Part shown: positions 21,425 to 32,300 of the stretch, piece after piece
Numbering within the stretch: the first letter of the stretch is position 1
Layout of the letters: the number at the start of each line of letters is the position of its first letter
Source of the DNA: Amoebophilaceae bacterium
GTDB lineage: Bacteria; Bacteroidota; Bacteroidia; Cytophagales; Amoebophilaceae
Direction of reading: 5' to 3'
NCBI GenBank assembly: GCA_031422615.1
Contig: JANPMB010000033.1
Span: 5,561 to 69,560 of the forward strand
DNA length: 64,000 bases
The notes under the pieces: generated by a model
What the model was told of the DNA's origin: nothing
What the model saw: only the letters and a program-made list of their open reading frames with translations
Databases searched by the model: none
Translations under genes and position numbers: made by a program

Positions 21425-22816
21425 ATGAAAGACTATAAATATATTTACCTAATAGGCATCGGGGGTATTGGGATGAGTGCCGTAGCCAGATGGTTCAATG
21501 CTCAGTCCATTCAGGTCTTTGGCTACGACCGGGCTTCAAGTACACTGACCGATCAGCTTACGCAAGAAGGCATCAGGATACACTTTGAAGATCGTGTCGA
21601 TGCCATACCAGAGGAGATTATACACCATAGAGAAGAAAGCCTCATCGTATATACGCCAGCTATTTCTTCCAAAAACCGTGTGTTGAGCCTTCTTAAGGCC
21701 AATCACTATACGCTGTATAAACGGGCAGAGATACTGAGTATACTCACACAGGATCGCTTGACGCTCGCAGTAGCAGGCACCCACGGAAAAACGACTACTT
21801 CTTCGCTAGCAGCGCACATTCTGTACAGCGCAGGGAAAAATATGGCAGCCTTTCTAGGCGGTATTGTCAAAGGTTATGAGTCTAACCTACTTGTCACCGA
21901 CAACGTCAATCAAGATACGATCATGGTCATAGAAGCCGATGAGTTTGATCGGTCCTTCTTGCACCTACATCCCCAGGTAGCTATTGTTACCACTGTTGAT
22001 CCGGACCATTTGGACACTTACGGTGATGAGCCAGGGTTCCAAGAAGCTTTTAAAGCATTTATTGCGCTGGTGCCTCCGACCGGAAAAGCCATCGTCCACC
22101 AAATTGCAGCGCAACAGTTGCGGATCGATGAAAATGCCCCTCATGTAGTGCGCTATGCCTTGGAAGACGCAGCAGTCAGCGCCGAGAATGTCCGTATCAA
22201 AGAGGGTACCTTCTACTTCGACTATGTCAGCAAAGAGGTAACAATAAGGAACCTACGGCTCACAGTGCCCGGCTATCATAATGTAGAGAATGCTGTGGCA
22301 GTGATTACTGCTTGCCTAATTTTGGGCTTAGATACTGAGTCCATTCGCAGAGGCATGGCCACTTTTCAAGGCATTAAACGCCGCTTTGATTATGTCATCC
22401 GAAACGAGCAGCTGATTTTTCTGGACGACTATGCACACCATCCTGTAGAGATGACTGCCCTGCTGCAGACTATTCGTGCATTGTACCCTGATAAAAAAGT
22501 AACCGCTGTCTTTCGACCCAACTTGTACACCAGGACCAGAGATTTGGCTGGCGAATTTGCACAGAGCTTAGACTTGGCCGACCAGGTTTTTTTGCTAGAT
22601 ATTCACCCAGATAGAGAAGCGCCTATTGAGGGGGTGACTTCAGCATGTATATTCGATCGGATGACGCTGGAAAAAAAATTGATGTGTAACAAAGAGAATT
22701 TGATCGATGCCTTAGGCCAACATGGCCAACCAGATATCGTGGTTATGATCGGCTCAGGGGGCACCGGTAGCTTTGTTACACTGATTAAGGAATTTTTGCT
22801 AAAGCACTGGGGGTAG
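21425..22816 (+). CDS. murC: UDP-N-acetylmuramate--L-alanine ligase MurC
   Basis: It carries GIGGIGMSAVARW, GTHGKTTT and DDYAHHP. Confidence 0.95.
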   Translation: MKDYKYIYLIGIGGIGMSAVARWFNAQSIQVFGYDRASSTLTDQLTQEGIRIHFEDRVDAIPEEIIHHREESLIVYTPAISSKNRVLSLLKANHYTLYKRAEILSILTQDRLTLAVAGTHGKTTTSSLAAHILYSAGKNMAAFLGGIVKGYESNLLVTDNVNQDTIMVIEADEFDRSFLHLHPQVAIVTTVDPDHLDTYGDEPGFQEAFKAFIALVPPTGKAIVHQIAAQQLRIDENAPHVVRYALEDAAVSAENVRIKEGTFYFDYVSKEVTIRNLRLTVPGYHNVENAVAVITACLILGLDTESIRRGMATFQGIKRRFDYVIRNEQLIFLDDYAHHPVEMTALLQTIRALYPDKKVTAVFRPNLYTRTRDLAGEFAQSLDLADQVFLLDIHPDREAPIEGVTSACIFDRMTLEKKLMCNKENLIDALGQHGQPDIVVMIGSGGTGSFVTLIKEFLLKHWG

Positions 22817-22874
22817 TTTTCCGCTTAGCCCGGTTTTCTGGTGCAGGGTGCCCCCGATGCGCTGGGTGAGGAAG

Positions 22875-23507
22875 CTAGATGTATATGCTCTCCTCATTTC
22901 TAAAAGCTCTTCTTCTGGCCCATAAAATCGCCACGACACCAAGAAAGATAGCCACATCTGCGATGTTAAAGATGGGTAACAAGGACAAATAACTACCCCC
23001 TATGAAGGGAAGCCAAGTAGGCAAATTTGCTCCCCAAATGTCCAAGTAAATCATGTCAATAACTTGTCCATAGAACCAAGACATAGGAGCATTGTGCGGA
23101 GCATTGTCTAGCAAAATTGCATACAAGGTGCTGTCAATTACATTACCAACAGCGCCACCTAAGATCAGTGTCCAACCCCACAACAGCAGCGCGGACGTAT
23201 GTTTTTCTCGCACCAACTGCCAGATATACCGCCCTATCATACAAGTAGCAACAATACGCCCTAAGGTAAGTAGTAGCTTGTCATACCTAAATCCGAATTG
23301 GATGCCAAAAGCCATGCCTGGATTGAGGGTGTAGTGAATTTTGAACCAATTGCCAATCAACTTAATGGCTCCAGAATAGCCTAATTCCACGTTGAAGTGC
23401 ACCCAAAGTTTGGAGGATTGGTCGACAAGAATGATGACCAAGGCGATCAAATAGTATTTCCAAGGATTTTTTATCATGCGACTGTAAATATACGAGGAGT
23501 TGGGCAA
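22875..23507 (-). CDS. lspA: Lipoprotein signal peptidase II
   Basis: It carries NPGMAFG and FNIADVAIF. An alternative start is the ATG at 23477. Confidence 0.9.
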   Translation of the reverse strand: MPNSSYIYSRMIKNPWKYYLIALVIILVDQSSKLWVHFNVELGYSGAIKLIGNWFKIHYTLNPGMAFGIQFGFRYDKLLLTLGRIVATCMIGRYIWQLVREKHTSALLLWGWTLILGGAVGNVIDSTLYAILLDNAPHNAPMSWFYGQVIDMIYLDIWGANLPTWLPFIGGSYLSLLPIFNIADVAIFLGVVAILWARRRAFRNEESIYI

Positions 23508-23593
23508 TAGTATTACGAGCTAGGTAGGATAGACTGTACGCAAGAACCAAGCAATCAGCAACCAAAAAACAAAGACCCAGGAGAATCATTAAC

Positions 23594-24739
23594 TCAAACC
23601 CGGATGAGGATCTTACCAAGTGCATCTAGTTGCTCCACCACATAGTCTACTTCTTCAGCAGTATTGTATTTGCTAAAAGAGAACCGTACCGTGCCCCGCC
23701 GTTGGTCAGTACCTAAAGCTTGCAGCACGTGAGAGCCCACATTGCTGCCGCTAGCACAGGCACTGCCTACTGAAGCTGATATTTTCTGAATATCCAAGTT
23801 AAAGACCAGCATGTCGTGGCTGTCAGAAGGTGGCAAACTGACGCTCAGGATAGTGTGCAAACTAGCTTCAGCGTGGGCGCTGGCCCCGTTAAAGACAACG
23901 CCAGAAATACAGGCTTGGAGACGTTGGATCATGCGGTCTTTGAGTCCTTGTATGTATTGGCGATCTTTTTGCATACTTCGGTAGACTATTTCAAGTGCCT
24001 TGCTAAGCCCCACAATGCCCGGTACATTTTCTGTTCCTCCTCGCATATTCCGCTCCTGTGCACCCCCATAAATGAGCGGAGCCACCTGGGTACCGCCACG
24101 AATATAGATGAGGCCTATGCCCTTGGGGCCATGAAATTTGTGAGCAGACCCCACAGCCAAGTGTACTGGCAAAGCTTGGAAATCCAATGCACAATGGCCA
24201 ATGGTTTGCACTGCATCGGTATGAAAAATAGCTTCATAAGTTTCGCACAGTGCTCCAATCTGTGCTATGTCGTTGAAGTTACCTATTTCATTGTTGGCAT
24301 GCATCAAGCTCACCAAAGCTCGGTCATGCGTTTTTAGTAGGTGTTCTAAGTGGTCATACTGTAAGCATCCTTGTGTATCTACCTGAACCCAGTGCACCTT
24401 AATCTGGCCTGCTTGAGCCATTCTCTCCAAGGGACGAAGTACTGCATGGTGCTCGATGGGAGAGGTAATCACATGACCTATGTCTGAAGCTACCACACTA
24501 CCCCAAAGTGCCATGTTGTTGCTTTCGGTGCCACTTGAGGTAAAGAAGATCTCTGAGGGAGATGCATTGAGGAGGGTTGCCACATGCTTGCGGGCTCTTT
24601 CTACCGCCACTTTAGCCTGTCTTCCGTGGCTATGGATGGAAGAAGGACTACCACATACAGTGCTCATGTAAGGCAGCATAGCCTCCAGCACTTCTGGATC
24701 CAAAGGAGTGGTGGCTGCGTTATCTAGGTAAACAACCAT
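23594..24739 (-). CDS. Cysteine desulfurase (NifS/IscS class)
   Basis: It carries VYLDNAATTP, SAHKFHGPKGIG and SVGSACASG. The start is taken at MVVYLDNAATT (ATG 24739); the upstream track extension looks non-coding. Confidence 0.9.
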   Translation of the reverse strand: MVVYLDNAATTPLDPEVLEAMLPYMSTVCGSPSSIHSHGRQAKVAVERARKHVATLLNASPSEIFFTSSGTESNNMALWGSVVASDIGHVITSPIEHHAVLRPLERMAQAGQIKVHWVQVDTQGCLQYDHLEHLLKTHDRALVSLMHANNEIGNFNDIAQIGALCETYEAIFHTDAVQTIGHCALDFQALPVHLAVGSAHKFHGPKGIGLIYIRGGTQVAPLIYGGAQERNMRGGTENVPGIVGLSKALEIVYRSMQKDRQYIQGLKDRMIQRLQACISGVVFNGASAHAEASLHTILSVSLPPSDSHDMLVFNLDIQKISASVGSACASGSNVGSHVLQALGTDQRRGTVRFSFSKYNTAEEVDYVVEQLDALGKILIRV

Positions 24740-24987
24740 GGTAAATATGTAGGAACGCCTGTAGTAAAAAGTTGTAATACAAAAAATATCGCAGTCCCGA
24801 TTGGTCATAGACCACATCACGGAAGACACGGAAAAGTGAGCACGTGAAGAGTCAAAAACCCCACGAGGACAAAGCTACCGGCAATTGATCACACCGCAAT
24901 GCTGAATATACCAGGAACATAGACAGCACTGAAGAAGAAGACACTCCCAAGGAGCCCTCCAGAAATAATAAAACCATTTCCTATAGA

Positions 24988-26406
24988 CTAATGCCTGGCA
25001 AGCAACGGTAAAAGCAAGTATGGGGACTTCTCACACTCTTTTATTTGCTGCATCACTGATGCAGATAAGTGGGTAGCTTGTGCTGCTGTCTCAGCCTCGA
25101 CGTAGAGGCGGATGATAGGTTCTGTATTGGACTGTCTAAGGTGGACCCATGCTTTTCCCAACATGATCTTGACACCATCTTCTGTGCGCAGGGGGTAGGC
25201 GCTGTATTGCTGCTTGATGGCATCTAAGAGGGCTTCTACGTCCGTCTCAGGAGCCAATTGTATCTTTTGCTTGACAAGAACATAGTCAGGATAGTTTGCC
25301 CGCAGTGTCGAGGCCGTTTGTTCAGTGTGTGCCAGGTGAGTCAAGAGGAGTGCAATGCCTACAAGCGCATCACGGCCATAATGCAATGCAGGATAGATAA
25401 CACCCCCATTGCCTTCCCCACCAATCACGGCTTGCGTGGCTTTCATTGTGGACACAACGTACTGCTCTCCCACTGGTGTGCTGGTATGGTGACCACCATA
25501 TTTCGCTGTAATTTCTTTCAATGCCTGGGAAGAAGACAAGTTAGAGACGGTATTACCAGGCGTATGGCGCAGCACGTAATCGGCAGCTATTACCAACGTA
25601 TACTCTTCTCCCCAAGGCAATCCCTTTTCATCGATCACCACCAGCCGGTCTACATCAGGATCTACAGCTATGCCTAGGTCATGGGAACCTGATTGGACAG
25701 TATGGGCCAGCACTGTGAGATGAGCTGGCAATGGCTCTGGATTGTGTGGAAATTGGCCGTTAGGCTGGCAATACAACGCTGTGACGTGCGCAACGCCTAG
25801 CGCTTGGAGGAGTTGAGGTATAGCTACGCCCCCTGTAGAGTTCACAGCATCTACAGCAATCTTAAACTTTCTGCTACGAATGGCAGGCACGTCTACCAAT
25901 GGAAGAGCCAGAATTTGAGCGATATGTTGGGCTATATACGCCTCTTGGGTAGCGTACTGACCTAGCTGCTCCACAGCTACAAAGGAATGATCGTGTTGTG
26001 GAGTTGCTGCAAACACCTCAGCCGCAGCGGCGGCATCAATAACCTCTCCATCCTTGTTGAGCAGCTTCAAACCATTCCATGCTGCAGGATTATGACTAGC
26101 TGTGATGACAATTCCGCCTCGGGCGTGCTCTTGCGACACGGCGATGGATACAGTAGGAGTTGTGGAAAGACCCAAGTCAATAACATCCATGCCCAAGCTT
26201 TGCAGGGTGCTACTTACCAAGCGGCTAATGATGGTTCCGGAAGGACGCGCATCACGCCCAATGACTACAGTTTTATGGCCAGATTGCTTGAGGAGCCACC
26301 TTCCAAAAGCAGTAACCAGTGCTACCACATCGATGGGGGTCAGGGCATCACCCACCCTGCCGCCTATGGTACCTCGAATACCAGATATAGATTTAATAAG
26401 AGTCAT
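24988..26406 (-). CDS. glmM: Phosphoglucosamine mutase / phosphohexomutase
   Basis: It carries SGIRGT and the active-site TASHNPAAWNGLK. The length is 472 aa. Confidence 0.85.
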   Translation of the reverse strand: MTLIKSISGIRGTIGGRVGDALTPIDVVALVTAFGRWLLKQSGHKTVVIGRDARPSGTIISRLVSSTLQSLGMDVIDLGLSTTPTVSIAVSQEHARGGIVITASHNPAAWNGLKLLNKDGEVIDAAAAAEVFAATPQHDHSFVAVEQLGQYATQEAYIAQHIAQILALPLVDVPAIRSRKFKIAVDAVNSTGGVAIPQLLQALGVAHVTALYCQPNGQFPHNPEPLPAHLTVLAHTVQSGSHDLGIAVDPDVDRLVVIDEKGLPWGEEYTLVIAADYVLRHTPGNTVSNLSSSQALKEITAKYGGHHTSTPVGEQYVVSTMKATQAVIGGEGNGGVIYPALHYGRDALVGIALLLTHLAHTEQTASTLRANYPDYVLVKQKIQLAPETDVEALLDAIKQQYSAYPLRTEDGVKIMLGKAWVHLRQSNTEPIIRLYVEAETAAQATHLSASVMQQIKECEKSPYLLLPLLARH

Positions 26407-26581
26407 AGATCATTGGGTGATTGACTAATTGGGCGCTAGGCGGGGATTTTCTTTTCATAGAACCTCCTACCATAGAGTTTTTGATCAAATATAGCAAGGA
26501 GCAGCAACTGTATCTGCTTGTATACTTTCGTTACATAGGGTAATTTTAACCACCTTTTTTAATCTAACCCTACGCTTCATC

Positions 26582-29551
26582 ATGAACAACAAAAGGCTCG
26601 TTGTTTTCCTGACCATCGTGGTCTCTCTGCTTTGCCTCTATTACCTGTCCTTTACGTACATCGCTGCCAAAGTCCAACAAAAAGCCACACTCCATGCCAC
26701 GGATGAAAATGACCACATCGATTTTGCCAAAAAGCAAGCGTATCTAGATGCTGCCTGGAAGCAACCTGTCTATAATCTTTTGGGATTAAAATATACCTAC
26801 GAGCAAGTCAAGGAAAACGAATTAAGCCTAGGCCTGGACTTACAGGGCGGCATGCACGTGACGCTGGAAGTATCTCCTATAGAACTGATCAAAGGACTTG
26901 CAGGAGGCAGCAAAGACGAAGCTTTTTTGGCAGCACTGGAACAAGCGCAGCAACAGCAGCAACTTCAACCCCAGGCTTCCTTTACCTCCCTATTTTATCA
27001 GGCATACAAAACACAACACCCTGAAGGAAAATTGAGCAAGATTTTTGCCACAGCAGCCAACCGCTCTCGCCTCAGCTATGAGTCAACAGACAAAGAAATT
27101 ATACGAATCATTGAGCAGGAGATTGACAGGGCCATCGACCGCTCTTTTGAGATCATCAGAACACGCATTGACCGATTTGGCACTACTCAGCCCAATATCC
27201 AGCGCCTACAAGGCACCGGCAGAATACAGCTAGAGCTGCCCGGTGTCAACAATCCAGAAAGGGTAAGAAAGCTGTTACAAGGAGTGGCCCAACTTCGGTT
27301 TTGGGAGGTTTATGAGATTCCAGAATTGAGCGAGGCCTTGCAAGCCATTGACACGATGTTGGTCGCAGAACAACAAGCAACCATATCTATACATCAACTG
27401 CCTGCAGGCGCCCAGGCAACGCAAGACAACGGCCCTGCGGCACAGCCAGCTCAAGAAACAACCATGCAGCCAAAGAACTCTTTGGCCATTTCTCCGCTTT
27501 TTAGCCTATTGAGAGAAACATATGGGTTTGTTTACGCAAAAGACGATGTGGCTATCATCAATAATATTCTTGCCCGGCATGATGTCAAAGCGTTCTTGCC
27601 TAATGACTTGCAGTGGTTGTGGGATGTAAAAACCCATACACTCCAGGACGGCACTGAAGTAGTAGGCCTCTATCCTATCAAGCAACGCCGTGGGGGCCAA
27701 GCTGCCCTAGAGGGTGATGTTATCACAGATGCACGCCAAGTATTTGATGACCGTGGCAAGCCTGCTGTGAGCATGCAGATGAACAGCAGTGGGGCCAGAA
27801 CCTGGAAGAAAGTAACAGCCAATAATATTAGCCGGCGCATTGCCATTACTTTAGACAACCATGTTTATTCAGCGCCAGTAGTCAACACAGAAATTTCTGG
27901 TGGTAGCTCCCAAATCACGGGTAATTTCACCATCGAAGAGGCCAAAGACCTGGCCAATATCCTCAATGCTGGATCCTTACCTGCCCCTGTCAAGATTGTG
28001 GAAGAAACCATCATTGGCCCCACCCTGGGCAAAAAAGCACAAGCAGAGGGCATTGCTTCGATGTTCTTAGGACTCGGGTTAGTCGTGCTGTTCATGATTG
28101 GTTACTACGCCAAAGGGGGCTTGATTGCTAACCTAGCACTTCTCTTCAACATTTTGTTTATCATGGGCATACTGGCCCAACTCAACGCTGTCTTGACTCT
28201 GCCTGGCATTGCAGGCATCGTACTCACCATCGGTATGTCTATTGATGCCAACGTGCTCATCTTTGAACGCATCCGAGAAGAACTGAGAGCAGGCGTCTCG
28301 ATGAAAGTTGCTATTGACCGTGGCTATCAAAAAGCCTACAGCTCAATTATTGATTCCAACGTCACCACCTTGCTTACCGGAGCCATCCTATATGCATTAG
28401 GCCAAGGGCCTGTACGCGGTTTTGCTACTACCCTGATGATTGGTATTGTGAGTTCTTTTTTCTCTGCTGTGTTCATCACACGTGTGCTCATGAGTTGGGT
28501 AGTCAGCCGTAGTCAAGAAAATCGCCTAACATTCTCTTTTTCCTACAGCAAAAATTTATTCAACAACCTCAACATCGATTTCCTTAAGATGCGCCGCTTC
28601 TCCTATGCAGTTTCTCTGGTCTTCATAGGCATCGGCTTTTTGCTGATGGCCCAACAAGGCGGTCTTAATCTGGGTGTTGACTTTACGGGTGGGAGGTCTT
28701 ACGTGGTGGCCTTTAGCCAACCTATGGAGCCTTCCGCACTAAAAACCCAATTGGCTGAGTACTTTGGTGAGCAGGGCACAGAGGTAAAAACGTACGGAGC
28801 CAATCATGTACTCAAAGTCACAACGAGTTATTGGATGCAAAATGAAACCAGCGAAGCCGACGAAACCGTTAAAACCGCGTTAATTCGAGGCATTCAAGAC
28901 CTAACAGGACTTACCCATGCCACCGACACGACAGCTGAACAAGCAATAGGCACGTTCACCATTGCCAGTACTTCTAAAGTAGGGGCTACCATTGCGGGCG
29001 ATATTAAGGCAGCCGCTTGGCAATCTATTTTTTTCTCTTTGGTGATGATTTTTTTCTACATTCTGGTGCGCTTCCGCAGATGGCAGTTTGGCCTAGCGGC
29101 TGTGCTTGCCCTGTTTCACGACAGTTTGGCCGTCTTTTCAGCCTTTGCCATGGCAAGAGCTTTGGGCTATGCCTACGAAGTCGACCAAGTATTTATTGCT
29201 GCTATCCTTACGGTCATTGGTTACTCTATCAATGATACGGTGGTGATATTTGATCGGATCAGGGAAAGGCTGCACATGAAAACAAGCAGCAACTTCCGGG
29301 AAGTTGCTAACCGTTCCATCAACGAAACCATGAGCCGCACGGTGATTACTTCCTTAACCACACTCATTGCTGTGCTGGTCTTGTTTATTTTTGGCGGTGA
29401 AGTGTTACGAGGTTTTTCTTTTTCGCTGTTGGTAGGTATCATTTTTGGTACCTACTCCTCCATTTTCATTGCTACACCGTTGGCAATTGACCTTTCTAGC
29501 GCAGTACATTTCACCACAAAACTTACCTCAAAACACCGTACAGGAAAATAG
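26582..29551 (+). CDS. secDF: Protein translocase subunit SecDF (fused)
   Basis: The 989-aa ORF has a SecD periplasmic domain plus two 6-TM blocks (IDANVLIFERIREE and INDTVVIFDRIRE). Confidence 0.95.
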   Translation: MNNKRLVVFLTIVVSLLCLYYLSFTYIAAKVQQKATLHATDENDHIDFAKKQAYLDAAWKQPVYNLLGLKYTYEQVKENELSLGLDLQGGMHVTLEVSPIELIKGLAGGSKDEAFLAALEQAQQQQQLQPQASFTSLFYQAYKTQHPEGKLSKIFATAANRSRLSYESTDKEIIRIIEQEIDRAIDRSFEIIRTRIDRFGTTQPNIQRLQGTGRIQLELPGVNNPERVRKLLQGVAQLRFWEVYEIPELSEALQAIDTMLVAEQQATISIHQLPAGAQATQDNGPAAQPAQETTMQPKNSLAISPLFSLLRETYGFVYAKDDVAIINNILARHDVKAFLPNDLQWLWDVKTHTLQDGTEVVGLYPIKQRRGGQAALEGDVITDARQVFDDRGKPAVSMQMNSSGARTWKKVTANNISRRIAITLDNHVYSAPVVNTEISGGSSQITGNFTIEEAKDLANILNAGSLPAPVKIVEETIIGPTLGKKAQAEGIASMFLGLGLVVLFMIGYYAKGGLIANLALLFNILFIMGILAQLNAVLTLPGIAGIVLTIGMSIDANVLIFERIREELRAGVSMKVAIDRGYQKAYSSIIDSNVTTLLTGAILYALGQGPVRGFATTLMIGIVSSFFSAVFITRVLMSWVVSRSQENRLTFSFSYSKNLFNNLNIDFLKMRRFSYAVSLVFIGIGFLLMAQQGGLNLGVDFTGGRSYVVAFSQPMEPSALKTQLAEYFGEQGTEVKTYGANHVLKVTTSYWMQNETSEADETVKTALIRGIQDLTGLTHATDTTAEQAIGTFTIASTSKVGATIAGDIKAAAWQSIFFSLVMIFFYILVRFRRWQFGLAAVLALFHDSLAVFSAFAMARALGYAYEVDQVFIAAILTVIGYSINDTVVIFDRIRERLHMKTSSNFREVANRSINETMSRTVITSLTTLIAVLVLFIFGGEVLRGFSFSLLVGIIFGTYSSIFIATPLAIDLSSAVHFTTKLTSKHRTGK

Positions 29552-29644
29552 TACAAGTAGATAGGCAAAAGCCGTACTGAGTAGTCACTTACCATGTTCG
29601 GAGTACTCGCTACATGGCAGTAAATCGCTCAAGTACCCAGCGTG

Positions 29645-31120
29645 TCAGTATGCTTGGGCAAAGACTACCCTTTGCTGAGAAGGTTTTCCTGAGTAAATAC
29701 ATATACCCTGCTCTGGAGATGGATCTAACGGAATACAACGAATTGTTGCTTTGGTTGCTGCTTGGATTTTCTTTTCGGTTTCGGTTGTTCCATCCCAATG
29801 AGCTAACACAAAACCTCCTTTTTTAGCCACCACTGTTCTGAATTCCTCATAGGTATTTACTGAGGTAGTATGGGCTTTTCTGAAGTCAATAGCTCGTTGG
29901 TAAAGATGGTTCTGGATGTCTGTGAGCAATGTTTGGATACGAGCTACAGCGTTGTCTACGCTAATGGTAATTTTTTCCTTAGTATCCCTTCTGACCAACT
30001 CCACCGTATTGTTCTCTAGATCCTTGGGCCCTATCGCCATGCGCAGTGGCACGCCCTTGAGTTCGTATTCAGCAAATTTCCACCCTGGTTGGTACATATC
30101 TCGGTCGTCCAACTTGACAGCTACCTCCTGAGCTTTGAGCGCTGCTTGAAGGGTAGTTGCTTGCTGCACAACAAGCTTTCGCTCTGCTTCACTTTTGTAG
30201 ATGGGGATGATGACTACTTGGATCGGCGCCAGCCGCGGCGGTAGTACCAAGCCCTCATCATCTGAATGGGTCATAATCAATGCACCAATCAAGCGCGTAG
30301 TCACCCCCCACGAAGTGCCCCACACATAATCCAGGTGGCCAGCTTGGTTAGCAAAGGTGACCCCAAACACTTGGGCAAATTTCTGGCCCAAGAAATGTGA
30401 TGTACCTGCTTGCAAAGCCTTGCCATCTTGCATCAGTGCTTCGATGGTATACGTTTCTTCTGCCCCTGCGAACCGCTCATGCTCAGTCTTGATGCCTTTT
30501 AGCAACGACACTGCCATGTAGTTGCTCGCAAACTCATCGTAGATGTTGAGCATTTGGAGAACCTCCTGCTCAGCTTCTTCGCGGGTAGCATGGGCGGTAT
30601 GTCCTTCTTGCCACAGCACTTCGGCTGTACGCAAAAAAAGTCGTGGACGCATTTCCCACCGCATCATGTTGCTCCACTGATTGATCAGCAGGGGTAAGTC
30701 CCGGTACGACTTAATCCAGTTTTTGTAGGTATGCCAAATGATGGTTTCTGAAGTAGGACGAATAATCAGCTCCTCTTCGAGTCGGGCCTCAGGATCTACC
30801 ACCACACCTTTCCCATCACTGGATTTTTTCAATCGATAGTGTGTCACCACAGCACATTCCTTGGCAAAGCTTTCTATGTGGTCTGCTTCACGGCTCAGGT
30901 AAGACTTGGGGATCAACATAGGGAAATAGGCGTTGGCATGGCCAGTAGCTTTGAAGGCTTGGTCCAAGATGGCTTGCATCTTCTCCCAAATGGCAAAGCC
31001 ATAAGGTTTGATAATCATGCAGCCACGTACAGGGGAGTTTTCAGCTAAATCTGCTCTTTTTACCAACTCGTTGTACCAAGCTGAAAAGTCTTCTGTTCGT
31101 TTAGGTAATTTTTGTGACAT
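29645..31120 (-). CDS. proS: Proline--tRNA ligase (archaeal/eukaryote-like type)
   Basis: A 491-aa ORF with FSAWYNELV at the N-terminus, class II motifs, and a C-terminus ending in Y. Confidence 0.95.
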   Translation of the reverse strand: MSQKLPKRTEDFSAWYNELVKRADLAENSPVRGCMIIKPYGFAIWEKMQAILDQAFKATGHANAYFPMLIPKSYLSREADHIESFAKECAVVTHYRLKKSSDGKGVVVDPEARLEEELIIRPTSETIIWHTYKNWIKSYRDLPLLINQWSNMMRWEMRPRLFLRTAEVLWQEGHTAHATREEAEQEVLQMLNIYDEFASNYMAVSLLKGIKTEHERFAGAEETYTIEALMQDGKALQAGTSHFLGQKFAQVFGVTFANQAGHLDYVWGTSWGVTTRLIGALIMTHSDDEGLVLPPRLAPIQVVIIPIYKSEAERKLVVQQATTLQAALKAQEVAVKLDDRDMYQPGWKFAEYELKGVPLRMAIGPKDLENNTVELVRRDTKEKITISVDNAVARIQTLLTDIQNHLYQRAIDFRKAHTTSVNTYEEFRTVVAKKGGFVLAHWDGTTETEKKIQAATKATIRCIPLDPSPEQGICIYSGKPSQQRVVFAQAY

Positions 31121-31645
31121 GGAAAAGAGTTTAGTTACATTACGTGTGCAAAGCTCCTGCGTTGCAACGTGCGTGTAGTAAGTGCCGAGAATACAGCAGA
31201 TTTTTTAAGGATATAAGGAAGCGTTAATACACCATCTGCAGTAAGGCTAACCCAACACAGCACCACTGTTTTTTTACCTGCTTTACTGCACTAATCTCTG
31301 CACACATCTCCTCATGAGGCATCTTAGCATGATAAGCAGGCAATCGAGTAAGCTATGATCACCCTCCCTAGCAAAAAGATCATGTGACTTCATAGAGTCT
31401 GACCAGCGTAATATTTACCGCAAAGGACGGAAAAAGCCTGCAAGAAACATAAGCTATTGCCACTTCCTAGTCCTGCATATTTTTTACATTGCTTAGAGAA
31501 ATAATTCTTTTATTGGCCTTATGTAAAGCTTATCAACATCCTGATCTTGCAGGATGTATCGGGTGGACTGTTGCTGGATTCAAAAATCAATCCTGCAGCA
31601 ACAAAGAAAATTATATGTACCTACCAACTCTAACCTCTTATCATC

Positions 31646-32254
31646 ATGAGCATATTGAAGAAAATAGGTATTACACTGGCAGTTAGTTTACTGCTTATTT
31701 TTGTCATAGGCATGTTTTTGCCTTCTAAGCGGCATCTGCAGCGCTCTATTACAATTAATACACCCCCCAGTGCTGTCTTTAAGGAAGTCAATAGCCTTAA
31801 GAGATGGGAGAACTGGTCTCCTTGGCGAGATATGGATCCGAACGCTGCTGCCAAGTATGAAGGTCCAGAAGCGGGCATTGGGTGCACCATGTCTTGGGCC
31901 AGTGAGCATCCTCAAGTAGGCAGAGGCACTCAGAAGATCGTTGTCAGCAAACCCAATCAACACATTGTAATCAACCTGGACTTTGCAGACTGGGAGGGTA
32001 CTGCGACTGCTGGCTGGAAGTTTGAGGAACAAGCAGCAGGTGAGACCCGAGTCACTTGGAGCAATGATAGCGATAACAAGGGTAAGCTCTTGAACAAATA
32101 TCTGGATCTCATGATCCGCCCCGAGCTAGGCAAAAACTATGAGCAAGGCCTGAAGAGCCTCAAAGCACACGTAGAAAGTCTATATGCACAGCAGCAAGAT
32201 TTGCAAAAAGAAATAGAAGATATGGCCCCGCAGGAGATTCAAAAAATACCTTGA
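31646..32254 (+). CDS. SRPBCC (START/polyketide-cyclase-like) family protein with N-terminal TM anchor
   Basis: A 202-aa ORF carrying a TM segment, then VFKEVNSLKRWENWSPW...GTQKIV...TRVTWS. Confidence 0.6.
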   Translation: MSILKKIGITLAVSLLLIFVIGMFLPSKRHLQRSITINTPPSAVFKEVNSLKRWENWSPWRDMDPNAAAKYEGPEAGIGCTMSWASEHPQVGRGTQKIVVSKPNQHIVINLDFADWEGTATAGWKFEEQAAGETRVTWSNDSDNKGKLLNKYLDLMIRPELGKNYEQGLKSLKAHVESLYAQQQDLQKEIEDMAPQEIQKIP

Positions 32255-32300
32255 GAAAACAGCATGTTACCCGGAGGAACAAGGCATCTTGTGCGCTTTT

